Shown: piece after piece, positions 35,601 through 47,600 of the stretch | How positions within the stretch are numbered: the stretch's first letter is position 1 | Layout: the number at the start of each line of letters is the position of its first letter | From: Hydrurus foetidus | Lineage: Eukaryota | Assembly: GCA_900617105.1 (NCBI GenBank) | Contig: UYFQ01000132.1 | Span: 1-64,000 of the forward strand | Length of the DNA: 64,000 nt | Reading direction: 5' to 3' | Made by a program: the position numbers and the translations under genes | Notes under the pieces: model-generated | The model's input: only the letters and a program-made list of their open reading frames with translations | The model's database searches: none | Told to the model about the DNA's origin: nothing

Positions 35601-38254
35601 TACTACGTACAGTACGCACATTGCGATACCTACGCTCGATAATGTAAAGGGAAGATGATACGACACGTATGCACGTAACCTTTCTTTAATTACTCGAATC
35701 CTCCTCTCTACTCTAGCAACGTGTCCACCCGCACCGCTGATATCGACATCGACTCCTAGCTTCCCGAGTTCGTCGACTAGCGTAACTACAGCTCCCTCTC
35801 CATCGCTCATGATGACTGAGGTCTTAAAGCCTTGGGATCCTAGCACTCCGAGGAAATGGGCTACTCCTTTCCTTACATGCTCTGCTGATCTGCTCGACTT
35901 CTTGAGCACCAGATTGTTCAGACTATATGCTATAGTCAGTCCTAGTGGAGTTGCCAGACCGATTAGAATAGCAATTTTGTCTATGAACATAATATCGATG
36001 GCTAGCACCTGATCCTTTTGGACAATTTTCGCTTTGATCGTCATATCAGCTGTAGCAGTCGCGCGTTTCGTAGTCTTTCCCTTAACGGAAGCCATATCCT
36101 TCCCCCAAATTGCTTCAGCGATCTCAAAATCCCTCGATGTGATATCGAAGTTACTCCCGGAGTTAATGATAGACATCGCCATTCCAATTGTCGGAAATCC
36201 CATTCGACTCATCAGCTCGCGCGCTGATCTCGCGCGACCGATTTCCCTCTTAGTGAACGCTCTCAAGTTCTGCTCCACTGTCGTTACCATCGCTGTCTCG
36301 TTCTCGATACTTCGCCAATCGCAGGAGTAGAACCTTCCTTCGCTACCAGGTAAAGTCTTCCGACCAAATCTGTAGATGTTGTCGCTATCCTTCGGCTGCA
36401 ACGTGAAGCAGTCATCCTCGTGCTCGTAACGTATCGTAGCTCCAGCATCTACCTGCGACGCAAACGATAGGACGTTAGCAGATGCATCTCCGCTGTAATA
36501 CACGGTCGCGAATTCTCCAAAGTCTCCTTCACTGTCGACAGTAACACCCCCACCAGTCTGGATTCCACTTACTTTGATCGAATGCTCCGCCTTGCGTATC
36601 CCGGTTAGTAAATCCTTATTGTTGAAGATGTTCAACGATGCCTCATTGTCTAATAGGACGTCGTATTGCGTGAACAGGCACCTTTCGCACGATGTGATGA
36701 GTGCAATTCCCCATCCTCCTTCATGACTTTCGTCGTCACTGTCCGGTTCACATTTCGTCACGTGGACTTTGTCAACTACTGATTTTCTGTTGGGGCAGCT
36801 TCTTGCGATGTGCCCCTTTCCTTCACAGGCGTAACACTCAACGTCGGCTAGCGATTTCTTTTTGGTCCCTCCGGTCTTCCCGGCTTGTTTCTCGGTGTCT
36901 TTAGAGATAGTGACGTGAACTTCCTCTGTTACTAGTGCGGCCCCTGAGGGTGTCGGTTGCTGTTCCTAGGGTGCTCCACCAATCCCTTGCCAGCGTGACG
37001 CTATACGGTATGCTCGTGCGAGTGTGGGGGGGTAGGCATCAGCCTTGTGTCTCAAGGCGTCGTTGTTCATGGCTTCGGTCATGACCCTGTAACGTTTCTG
37101 ATCAAGCTTCCCCAGGAAATCTAGTGCGCGCAGTGAATCGGTGATCTTCGTGACTCCGACTGCGTCATTGGCTAGCACCTGCTCATCAAATCTTGCTTTG
37201 AAAGTGTTGATGAACTCCCTCTCCCCTTGCCTCATCATCCCGTACTTACACTCTTGTTCGTGTCTGTTGACTTCTCTCATCGGGTCCGAGTCCCCATACA
37301 TGTGGGTGAGGTGTGTCTTCCTTATGAGCGTCCAGAGTAGTACACAATCCAGTGTTAGGTACGCGGTTTGGTAGTCATCCTCTTCCTTAACTCTGCTCTG
37401 TGAGCTCGGTGACATCCGCTTCCACATCATCGGGAAAACCGTACGTTCGTTTTCTTTCTGAGTCTTGAGGTCTCTCTGCCTCTGGATGTAGTCCTCTTCT
37501 CTGTATTTCGCTCTCGAGCGTTCCGCGGCTTTGCGTCGCCTTTCGTTTCTAACCTCTCTCGCGGCGGATCTTGCTGGTTTACCCGCGGCGTAGGCTAGGC
37601 GTGCAGCTGCTTCTGCTGGTGTCACTGCTGGGGGTTCATCTTCTTCATCCCCTGGAGCGTCTGGTTCCGATTCGGACGTCGAGTCTTCTGACGACGATGC
37701 GTCTGGATATTGGATAATGTTCCTTGGGAGTTCGTATCTCACGTCCGTTGTGAAGAACATCCCAACTATGCCGTATAGTTCGGTGACTATAGTTTGCATA
37801 TTCTCTCGCCATTTTATAGCGTTGTTGAATTTGCCGTATTGAAGGATGCACTCTTCAGTGCTTTTCAAAGCTTCGACGGCGCGTTTTGGAGGCATGTCAA
37901 TGCCGACGACAGTCAAATTATGTTGGAGAATCTTTAGGTTCCTGACACTGGAGTGAGGAACGCGGACCTTCAGTCTGGAGATTCGAATACCAAGGCTTGT
38001 GAGATGAGACTCTTGTTATCAATATTCACTTGTTAATTTGACTGTGCCTCATCCCTACTGAAGCCCTGAGTCCCCTTTCAATGCAATGATAAATTCAAAT
38101 CTTACTCTACTGTTGAAGTACGGTGATCCAACCAGGTCCATACATCTTCACCACGTATGCACACACACACACACACAGGTTAATCCGTATGCCGCTGTAC
38201 GAATGCATAAGTACACATAATGTGTTCGTGTCATGAACTCAGATATATCCAACA
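32679..38254 (-). mobile_element. Copia/Ty1 LTR retrotransposon, family 2
   Basis: 334-bp LTRs 32679-33012 and 37921-38254 (TGTTGGA...TCCAACA, 1 difference seen), 5-bp TSD CCTTC, PPT-like CATAGGGGTG. Confidence 0.97.
33085..37895 (-). pseudogene. Copia-2 gag-pol, a single frame broken by TAG at 36966 and a small deletion/frameshift near 34085
   Basis: Frame continues through the TAG into a CYACEGKGHIARSC knuckle, LLDNEAS protease, IDIMF/SDGEGA/ERRIR integrase, KARLVAGG, LYGCVES, HVDD, KSSTEAEL, ANMLTKPL. Confidence 0.92.
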
Positions 38255-38405
38255 CCTTCACAGGTATAGACTGTATGACTGTATCACGACTAACGAAGGA
38301 GTGGATTGGCACACAACACTCAACAATCAACATTGTTCCTTCGCAGACTGCGACCTTATCTGCACCGTGTCAGGCATCTTGCTCCTGAGCGGAGGTGTAT
38401 GTGAA

Positions 38406-38948
38406 ATGCCCGCGACTGGAAAAAGTAAGATGCACAACAAACTAATGAAATCGAAGGAGGTATTTAAATCTGCAGTGACCATCGGTAAGGTGAAGTCCTC
38501 TGCACCAAGTCAATCACTCAGTCGCATGAAACCCGTTGACATACAGCTCTTGCAGTTAAAAGAAAGAGAAATGAGGAATGGGAGGAGAAAAGTAGCTGGG
38601 AAGGCTTTACCTGTAGCACAGAAGTTACAATTGCATCCTTCAATCCTAAATTTAGGTGCAGTGCAGGGGGCACAACCCTTGCAGCATTTATCACTCACTG
38701 ATCTTCTATTGCAAGGTGAGGGGAGCATTCAGCCTCCTAATAGTGCCGAGCATGAGGTTTCATCTGAGTACAGCGGAACGAAGAGTAAAAACGCGAACAT
38801 GTTCGCAGAATTAAGTGATGATGAAAATGATGGTACAGACAGACCCCTTTTTGAACTGAAGCCATCACTGCTGTCGGTACCTTTTGCAACCCAGAGAAAC
38901 ATACAAAGCAAGGGGGATGTGGATCCTGATGATGACGAAGACTTATGA
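38406..38948 (+). CDS. Hypothetical 180-aa protein, basic N-terminus and acidic C-terminus
   Basis: Intact ORF MPATGKSKMHNK...DPDDDEDL with coding-like composition; no family recognised. Confidence 0.6.
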   Translation: MPATGKSKMHNKLMKSKEVFKSAVTIGKVKSSAPSQSLSRMKPVDIQLLQLKEREMRNGRRKVAGKALPVAQKLQLHPSILNLGAVQGAQPLQHLSLTDLLLQGEGSIQPPNSAEHEVSSEYSGTKSKNANMFAELSDDENDGTDRPLFELKPSLLSVPFATQRNIQSKGDVDPDDDEDL

Positions 38949-39849
38949 GCCTAGTTATCCAAGACGATTTTCTCATCGTTCAACGTTCAAAATACTCTTT
39001 GGATTTCTACCGTATTTCTTCGTCTGGAAGCTTTGCATTAATGCCTGCAGATCAGCGATGATTCAAGGCTTTCAGATAAAGATAATCATGGCCGACGTCA
39101 TCGAAAGATCTGGCTTCATCCTCATACAATGCACGGGATGAGATTTTCAGGACAGTCTTTGCTTTGTTGATGCCACACACTGCAATCAATAAGTAAACGG
39201 GGTTCAACAAAGTTTTAAAATGAGCTTTACATGTTTGCATAATTTCCTTAGTCAAAATCTCTCTTAGGCAACATTACATCGACCCGTTGCCCGTGCATGA
39301 CAACTATGGCACTGGAAGCTCTTTCCAAGAGACCTCAGGTTAGAAAGGCAGCGAGAAATAACTCCCCAAACGCAATGTGCAATACTTTGCATTACACCGA
39401 AGGACAATCTCAACGAATGTATTGATAGTTGAGATAACTCTTTGTTGTTGTGAATTCCTCCAATCAACTTCTACAGAGCTTCTCCACGTTTTTTTACTAA
39501 CACTAAATAAAAGTCAACTATTGCAAGTACAAATTTCTGCAAACATACGCGGTTATCAAAACTACAGCATTACGTTGCTGTATTCCCGGAGTCTCATATC
39601 AATGTAATACTTAAAACATACCAAACAGACAAAGATAGGAACGGGAAACAAAAAAATATCCTTCTACTTCGTATCCTCGGCCGTTTCGCACTTTCGGTTT
39701 CGCTTCCGATTGAAAAAAAGAAGAATCTTGCACCTCGCATCAAACAAAATTGGTAGTGTTTCAGTAATTAAAGATTAAACTGAAGGCAGCTCAGAGCCGT
39801 AGCACAAAAATCAACAGCAGCGGAGGATTCTGGGCATAGTATTTTTGGG

Positions 39850-41802
39850 ATGACTGATTTCATCTACGGATCCACGGAGCATCTGCCCAATCTCCCTGGC
39901 TTTCGTCTGAGGAAGAAGATCTCCACACCAAATGCAGCAAAAAGAGTGAAAATGTTTCGTATTGTGGATGGAGCAGTCTTTCCGAAGGATCTCACGCTGC
40001 CTAACATTGATGTGAATGGAGGCGAGTTCAAGGGAGAACAATCAATAATGGCTCTTGGGCAAGGAGGAACAACGTCTTTGATCTCAAGACCTCAATCCAG
40101 AGCCCTTGATGTGAAGTACATAAACGTGGTCCTCAACTTCTTCGCTCACTTCATCCAGAGAAGCCCAAATGGTTCCATAGAACTAGAGGGGAAAAGCCGC
40201 AAAGTAAATATTTACTTCTACACTGAAGATGGGACGATGAGTATTGTTGAGAGACCTCAATTGAATAGTGGCATCCCACAAGGAACTCTGTGCGCCAGGG
40301 CTGTCGTCTGGAAGCGTGATGGCAATCCAGTCACTGAAGAGGACTTCACGATGGGAGAAGCTCTGGATATATTCGGTCAGACGTACCATATCACTGATTG
40401 TGACCAGTCGACTAGAAGATACTACCAGCGATCAGCAAATGGAAACCCCGAGGTTAACCAGAGCTTCCAAGGCACATTCAATGCATCATCTATGTCGCAG
40501 GCGCAGATTGCTGCAACTGCGTTGAAGTCAACTTTTGAGAGCGACGACTTCGGGTATTCCACGAAAGTTCCTAAGGATGAAGGAACGTGGGGCCAACACA
40601 GATCGAAGAAGAACACGGACAAATCTTTTATGGAAGCTAAATTAGGCAATACAGTAAACAACTCGGGCAGAGATGGTTTCATGAAATACGGCAAGAAGAC
40701 TCTGAAATTTCGTTGTGTATGGGACAATACTTCTATGTTGTACGGTGATATGGTGGAGTTTTCTTTGGTATATTTTCTCTCCGACGACACAGTTGAAATA
40801 TTTTCTGCTTCAAACAGTGCAAATTGTTCAAAAGAACAATTCTCAAGACTCTTACAGCGCTCAAAACTACCAAAGAAATTTGGTGTTCAGTCCATAGGGA
40901 ACAACTGCAATAACACGGGAGTGGAGAATGTTTATTACCATTGGACAGATTTCTATATTGGATTAGACATGGACGTGTACGCACGAAACTTAAAAATCAT
41001 CGATGCTGACCCTGCAACAAGAGTATTCTACGATAATTACGATATTTCTCTTGCACTTAGAATGGAGCAGGAACTTCCGGTAGCTACTGTACATGAAAGA
41101 GAGGTACCCCCCTCAACGGGCTTTGGATCGGAAGAGGATTCTTTAAGATCATGCCACGGGCCCCTACAGCCCGGACCACCCCGCATTAAAAAATTGGGTG
41201 AGAATAGGATGTTGACTTTTTTGTGTATTCTAGAGTCTGGTGGGGAAGATACTGCACACAGACGATTTGTGCTGACTTATTATCTCCAGGATCAAACATT
41301 GAAAGTGGAGGAGAAACCGGTGAGAAATTCTGGATTTGTAGGAGGGGTGTTTTTATCTCGTAGGGTTGTTCAGAATAAAGTAGGCGAGTCTGTCACTGAG
41401 AAGCACCTATATATCGGTGCCTTAGTGTGGGCGTATAAACACGAATTCCGGCTGTTGGAGACGGATGAGGTAACTCTGCGATGGCTGGAAGATAAAGGGT
41501 TACCATTGTCCAACTTCTCAGTGATATTAAAAAAACTCACCAGTGATAAAAGACTTTATTCCGATGCTGTAAATGGCAATCTTGCTGCAAAATTTGAATT
41601 AAAATCACTCTCAGATAATATGGTGACAAAAGAGACACTACTGGATATTCTTCGTTTGTACTGCCCACTTGGCGATAAGAGGGATACACTGACTCAGCAT
41701 GAAATGATTTCTATCATTCGCGCTATTGGTGACAGAAAAAATACTGTAAATTATAAGGTATTAATTGAGCAAATAATTTCACCCTCTGCAAACGATCAGT
41801 AA
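39850..41802 (+). CDS. EFHC1/EFHC2 (Rib72)-like axonemal protein with three DM10 domains
   Basis: Three repeats of L.F...Y(F/Y)..D.T..I/V.E (NSGIPQG, YFLSDDTVEIF, RNSGFVGGVFL); PPSTGFGSEEDSL motif; 650-aa single exon. Confidence 0.93.
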   Translation: MTDFIYGSTEHLPNLPGFRLRKKISTPNAAKRVKMFRIVDGAVFPKDLTLPNIDVNGGEFKGEQSIMALGQGGTTSLISRPQSRALDVKYINVVLNFFAHFIQRSPNGSIELEGKSRKVNIYFYTEDGTMSIVERPQLNSGIPQGTLCARAVVWKRDGNPVTEEDFTMGEALDIFGQTYHITDCDQSTRRYYQRSANGNPEVNQSFQGTFNASSMSQAQIAATALKSTFESDDFGYSTKVPKDEGTWGQHRSKKNTDKSFMEAKLGNTVNNSGRDGFMKYGKKTLKFRCVWDNTSMLYGDMVEFSLVYFLSDDTVEIFSASNSANCSKEQFSRLLQRSKLPKKFGVQSIGNNCNNTGVENVYYHWTDFYIGLDMDVYARNLKIIDADPATRVFYDNYDISLALRMEQELPVATVHEREVPPSTGFGSEEDSLRSCHGPLQPGPPRIKKLGENRMLTFLCILESGGEDTAHRRFVLTYYLQDQTLKVEEKPVRNSGFVGGVFLSRRVVQNKVGESVTEKHLYIGALVWAYKHEFRLLETDEVTLRWLEDKGLPLSNFSVILKKLTSDKRLYSDAVNGNLAAKFELKSLSDNMVTKETLLDILRLYCPLGDKRDTLTQHEMISIIRAIGDRKNTVNYKVLIEQIISPSANDQ

Positions 41803-42911
41803 AGAAAAAATCACTACATACATACATGTGCGTGACTTTTATTTTTCTTATACTCACGCATTATGTCAGGTGTAAAGATCAATTAGTCGTAATGCGGTTC
41901 AAGCTGATTATTCTGTTAATTTGTAGAGAAGTTAAATCGTTTAGAAACTCGACATTTAGTATGAAGATCTTAGAATTTACTAAAATCCATATATTTGATG
42001 ATTTTCTTCTCATATGTTTTGGATTATTATGTTTCTGCTTACTTATTAGAGGTTGTTAAAGTCGAATTTAAGTCGCGGACAAAATATCTCTTCTTGTTAT
42101 CTCTTGTCTGCCTACATTTGAGGATGTACAATATGAATGAAAGGCAAATAATGGTAATATGGTAAGCGCGTCAATAACAAATCGATCAAAAATGTCTGAA
42201 TTAATTTTGAAAGCGGTACGCCAGAGATGTTATCAAACTAATAATGCCATGCATATTCGCTACTGCATGAGAATTGTTTTTAATATCAAATGGGTTTACA
42301 AATATTCTAAGAATTGGAAATATTTTTTATCAACATAAGTTGAGACAACAAAAATCATTCTCGCAATTGTAACTATCGATAGCGGATGAGTTACGAAATG
42401 CTATGCGGATTGGGTAGTATAGTTTGAAAGTGCTGCACTAAATGATCGCAACATGTTGCGCTTCAGGATTCCGTTTAAAAGGAAAGGGGAGCTTTCATTG
42501 GATTTATGACGAATAATGATGAACACCATGATCAAATAGCAGAAATAGCGAGTATGCAATTTGTTGGTCGATTGTGTTTCTGTTCACTGCGTATGCTCGA
42601 TCCGAAATTCGGAGGGATTTCCGGTTCGTTCCGGCTTCCGAAGAGGAGTACCCGGTATACTTCGCTAGGCATCGCGTGCATCGTTTGTGGGCGTGTCTTT
42701 CAGTTTTTAGTTTTTAGCCTACGAGTAGGGTGAACTTCACCTGCTGTGGAGGGAAATTTGTTGCTGGCATCGCGCTCCGATTGCGGGAAAAATAAATCGC
42801 CGTGTTGGGAGCGCATCATCATTTCAATTTCAGCAACCCTGGAGGTCTACCAGGTCGAAACGAGGAACTTCGCGCGGAGGAAGTCCTCTAACGATCTGTT
42901 GCATCTGAGTC

Positions 42912-43783
42912 ATGAAAATGAACCGAAACAGGAAGAAGTCAAAAATTTTCTCCACTGTTGAGAAGAGCGGATGTGATGATTTGGGAAGGAGTGACAGCAG
43001 TAGCTCAGCGCATCACAGTGTAGACAATGACGAAGACAGCAACGTCGATGTTGACAGAAAAGATTCCTTTATTAGCATCCGCAGGATTAGCATTTTATCT
43101 ACACTCAAAGATCGCTTTTTCAACATGATATCGTCGCAGGTATTTCAGATGTCATGATTGTTGCATCCAGAAGTTTTTAATTTGATCATTTGGCGCTTCT
43201 AATTTAATTGCACCTCAGAGAAGTGGATGTGATCTCGAGGTGGACTGTCCACCAGTGCCATATTTAGGCAAGAATATTGAAATCGATCAGATGATTCTAA
43301 GAAATAGAACTTCCCGCGAGAATTGTGAGTCAGTGATAGAGGCGGTGTTGGGTAGCGTATCAGAATCTGTGAATGACGTCATGTCAATAGTCGTTGTAGA
43401 CCACCAAGAAGCACTCCTAATCGTGAGTGTTGTTTCAAAAACCATCAGCACTGATGGGAGGAATATCATAGGAATGAATGAATTCAATGCGAAATGTTCT
43501 GCAGACACACAGTCACTACTGAAATTGAAAAAATCTATGACGGACGGTATGCGCAATAACAGTTCAACAATATTTGTCGAAGACTGACGAGAAATACAGA
43601 ATACAAAATCGAACAGAACATCGTCGAGAGTTACCACTGCAAAATGGACTCAAAAGCATATTTCACACTTGTAGAAAGTAGATGAGTTCAAGTTCTGACG
43701 CATTTTTCGCGCTGCTAAATGGATGAAAATGATCAAACAGGATTAAAATGCAGCAAATAGAATGCGAGAGAAGCGGGCAATGG
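42912..43783 (+). pseudogene. Unknown two-exon ORF (intron 43140-43218), stop at 43587, with a coding-like frame containing further stops beyond
   Basis: In-phase GT-AG junction; no recognisable domain. Confidence 0.3.
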
Positions 43784-44614
43784 TGAGGGTTCTGAGCCAA
43801 AATCATCCAAATTTGACACGGAATGGATAACCATATCGATGATAATCGTCCATTTCAGATATGTAGAGCATAGAACGAAATACTATTTTCGATAATTCCT
43901 GAGCTAGCCCCTTTAGGGATGAAGAATGAAAATAGCTGTTAACAATTCAGTAGACATCGGTACTAAAAAGAATAAGCAGTTGCAGTGATCTGTGCTAATC
44001 AGAACAATTATATTTCCTGAAATATGCACTAATTTAATTTTGAACAATGTGATGACGTTTGGACACTTAAAAGTCAGTAGGATAGAGAATAGAGATGTAC
44101 ACTTAAAACTTACATGCACTGTAGTAACTGCGTCACTTGAAAGAAAAGAAGAATAAATTATAAATTACCCTCCTTTAATCCCAGCGCTAGACGCAAACTT
44201 CCTCATTATTTTTATTTCTCATTTTTCATTTATAATAATGATTCCTTGTCAAAGTTGGATCAGTAGTTTTTACGAAAGGTTTCACTCTGTTGTCTAGTGC
44301 TATATCTTTAGTCTGTCTTATTTGGCATGATAAAATCTTCCATTACTTAAATTTTCATTTCATACCCTGAGTCAGTGAGAAAAACACAAAAATTTTAGAG
44401 AGTGTCTTGTACTATTTAAATGTAATACATTAAAAACAGTTGTCAGACAAAAAAAGATTTTTATTCTACTATGAAAGTTCTTTTTTTTTAAATAAATTAA
44501 AAGTTTGAAATGATTTTTGTTGAATACAAATAAATCATTTATCTTCTTTACATATTCAAAAATGCTGAATTTAAAAAAGGTTGAAATTCACCAAAAAGTT
44601 AAAGAAAGAAGTAA

Positions 44615-47600
44615 TTATTTTTTGCTCAATTTTGATAATGTATTTAAAAATATTTTTCTAAGTCGACAAGACTCTTTATTAATTTTTGAACCGACTTGAT
44701 TGTATAAATCACAATTGTCAAACATCCGTGTAAGATCGCCAGCAATATCGTCAATTGATTGATATCTTCTTGTCGAGATTTTGGTCCTATTATTGAAGGA
44801 AATTAAGAGAATTTTCAGTAATTTTAGTCTAGCATGATAACAATAAGACAAATTTAACACTATCTCAAGATGTAAATAGCAATAATGTTCACGATGGGGT
44901 ATTACATTAGCGTAGAGAAATGACAAGTTTTAAATTAATATCATGTAGTAGCACAGAAGACGAAAAATAAATAACACCGTTTTCACAACACATATTTCAC
45001 TACAGATACGATAGCTTTACATAATAAAAAAATGCTCACTTGACGGTTTCTAAATCCATAGGATGCAGTACTATATCCGAGTAGCCCGGTGCCTCTTCAT
45101 CAGTCACAGCCTGAGCGAAGAAAAATTGTTTGTCTTCTTCTAGTATAGTGGAGTAGAGAAGGAGCATGTCTGATTTGGTGGCCGGATCCAACCGGTGATA
45201 CTGTATATTTTTCGTGTCGGATAAAAGAGATGCAGAAGAAGAAGAGGAGGAGTAGGAAGAAGAGGAGGAGGGGGTAGCTGTGGCGGACTGCAGTGTTGTG
45301 CGTGCTGTAGGTAGTCTCCTGAGTCTCTGTCTATCTCCACCTTTCTCACCACCTCCATTACCACTACCGTTAATAGCAACTAAACCTGTATGATTCTTCA
45401 GTGACGTCACTGACGTCACAGGGGGACCCTGGATCCGATGCCGTACCTCTCTTTTACCCAAACCCCTTCTTCCCTTCACCTCTTCTTCATCTTCCTCTTC
45501 ATCCCGCTGTAAGTGTCTATTATGACCAGCTGACTCTCTTGTGCTTTTCTCTCCTCACCTCCTCTTTCATCGTCTTCTCTGCTTTCTCTGACTTTTGACC
45601 ACCGACGACTTTGTCTTTCTCCTTTCCTTCTTTCTTCCTCTCTTGATGATTCTCATTCGAAAGTTTCCTCGATCCGACGAGTGATTATGATCCTTTACCT
45701 TTTTTCCTTTATCCTTCTCTTTCCTTCCCCTCCGATTTTCTTTTGTTTCCGCTCCTTTCCAGAAGATTTCGGCTTTGATTTTACCGGTCATTTCCGGAGA
45801 CTCCGCATTGGCATCTTCGATCTCCTCTTCATCGCCCCCATTCTCCTCACCATAACCCCTTTTGTCCTCACCGTTTGTTCCTCCAGTCGAGTCATAGACA
45901 AGTTTCTTCTCAACACTTCTCCTTCCATTTCTACCTCCACTTCCACTTCTTCTCTCCCCACCACTCTGTCCCTCTTCTACCGACACCCCTCCCTTATTTC
46001 CTCTCGTTCTGCCCTTAGAAGAAACAGGACTTGAAGTTGAACTTGAAGTTGATGACTCACTCTTTCCACTTCTCCTGCTCGATCGTATTTGTGTGGGCTC
46101 TTCATTCTGATTGGGCAATGAAAGGGCACGTGTGCGTGAGGAAGAAGAAGAACTTGGATCTGTAATTCCGACATTTCGACCCTCTCTGCTGATCACGAAT
46201 TTCAAAGATCCAGAATCCTCCCTGGATTTCAACCCTCTAGGGACAGAGGTGGAATCGACTTCTGGAAGTAAGTCCAAGTTCTTGTTTTGCGTTCTTCCCG
46301 GATTGATTGAAAAACGAAATCGTTTGGATGGCTGACCATTTTCATCTTCATTTTCATTTTCATCACCATCAATATCTTCATCATTTTCTTTGTTCTCATT
46401 CTCATTTTCGTCATCGTCATTATTGCCGTTCTTTTTTTTGTCATTATCTTTTCGACGCTTAATGTTGCTTATACGCAGAGTTAGATTAGAAGACGATCCA
46501 TTTCTCTTCCCTCCTTCTTCCTCATCTTCCTCGTACGCTCCCTCATCATTCTCATTTTCATCCTCATTTTCCTTCTTTCTAATGGAGTCGTATTCGTCTT
46601 CATAGTCATCGTTATGTATATCAGGTATACACATTGCATCACCATCACCATCACCATCAGGCGGAACAAAAGAAGAAGAAGAAGAAGAGGAAGAGGAGGA
46701 AGATGAAGATGAAGAGGAGGTTGTACTGGATGTACGTGCACCATGAACTATACGGCTCAATGCGGCCACACACTCCCCGGCAGTCACGGTTATAGGCGCT
46801 CCCTCTTCATTGTACGTCAGGCAATTGGTGAATATCTGCTGAATATCAAAATCCAGTGCTGCCACCTAATATCGGTAGTAATCATCAAAAGTAAAATATC
46901 AAAAGTAAATCAATGAAATAAGAAATAAGCAGCTCTTTGCATGACTGTATACGTTTCAAAAACATACTCATACGTACACACGTACGTACCTGTCGGTAAT
47001 ATTTTTTGAGCAGTCGAGATCGGATGAGATCTACGTACATCGGCACCGGGATCTGAGATTCCAGAAATTTTGTGTAAGAAAAAATATGACGTAAGATTAG
47101 AAAAATGAGATAAGATTAGATTATTAAATAGAAAGCAGAGGTAAGATAAGATAAGTTAAGATATTGGATTCAATAAGATAAGATCAGATAAGATACGATA
47201 AGATTGGATTAGATTACTGAGCAGTGTGAAAGGGATGGGAGGGAATGTGGGTTAGTGATGTGTGTGAATCAAATACTAATTCCGATCAAATTTTGCACCA
47301 AATACGCATGTCAGCCATAGCCTACTTAAAGGTCATTAAAGATAGACAAAATAAAAAACAGCAACAAATATAAATAATTAAGTAAATAGCAAAATAAATG
47401 AATGAATGAATAGATAAATAAATGACCAAACAAACAGATAAACAAAAAAAAAATCAAATCGGAATAAAATAAGGAATGATCAAAGACCATGATATGACGT
47501 GTACAGTTGGCAAATATCTTGTATAAAATGTGACGCAATAACGGACAAATTAAATGCAGTACTTACGATTGAATAATAACTGGAGAAAACTATTGGATCG

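Larger units (their letters stand above)
31215..38273. mobile_element. Degenerate non-autonomous DNA transposon (~1.5 kb) whose right TIR is split by Copia-2
   Basis: Left AGTATAGACCTGCGTAGGGGCATAGGCA versus reconstructed right end (reverse complement) CAGTCTATACCTGTGAAGGGGCATAGGCA, with TA flanking the right end; GCATATATATGC near both ends; only decayed ORFs inside. Confidence 0.65.

Noticed and set aside
26928..36330. Many plus-strand ORFs opposite the Copia pol genes
   Set aside because: Antisense shadows of coding frames with no motifs
38220..38405. LTR-derived N-terminal extension of the 38406 ORF
   Set aside because: The upstream ATG is inside the LTR and the open frame is probably chance; no expression evidence
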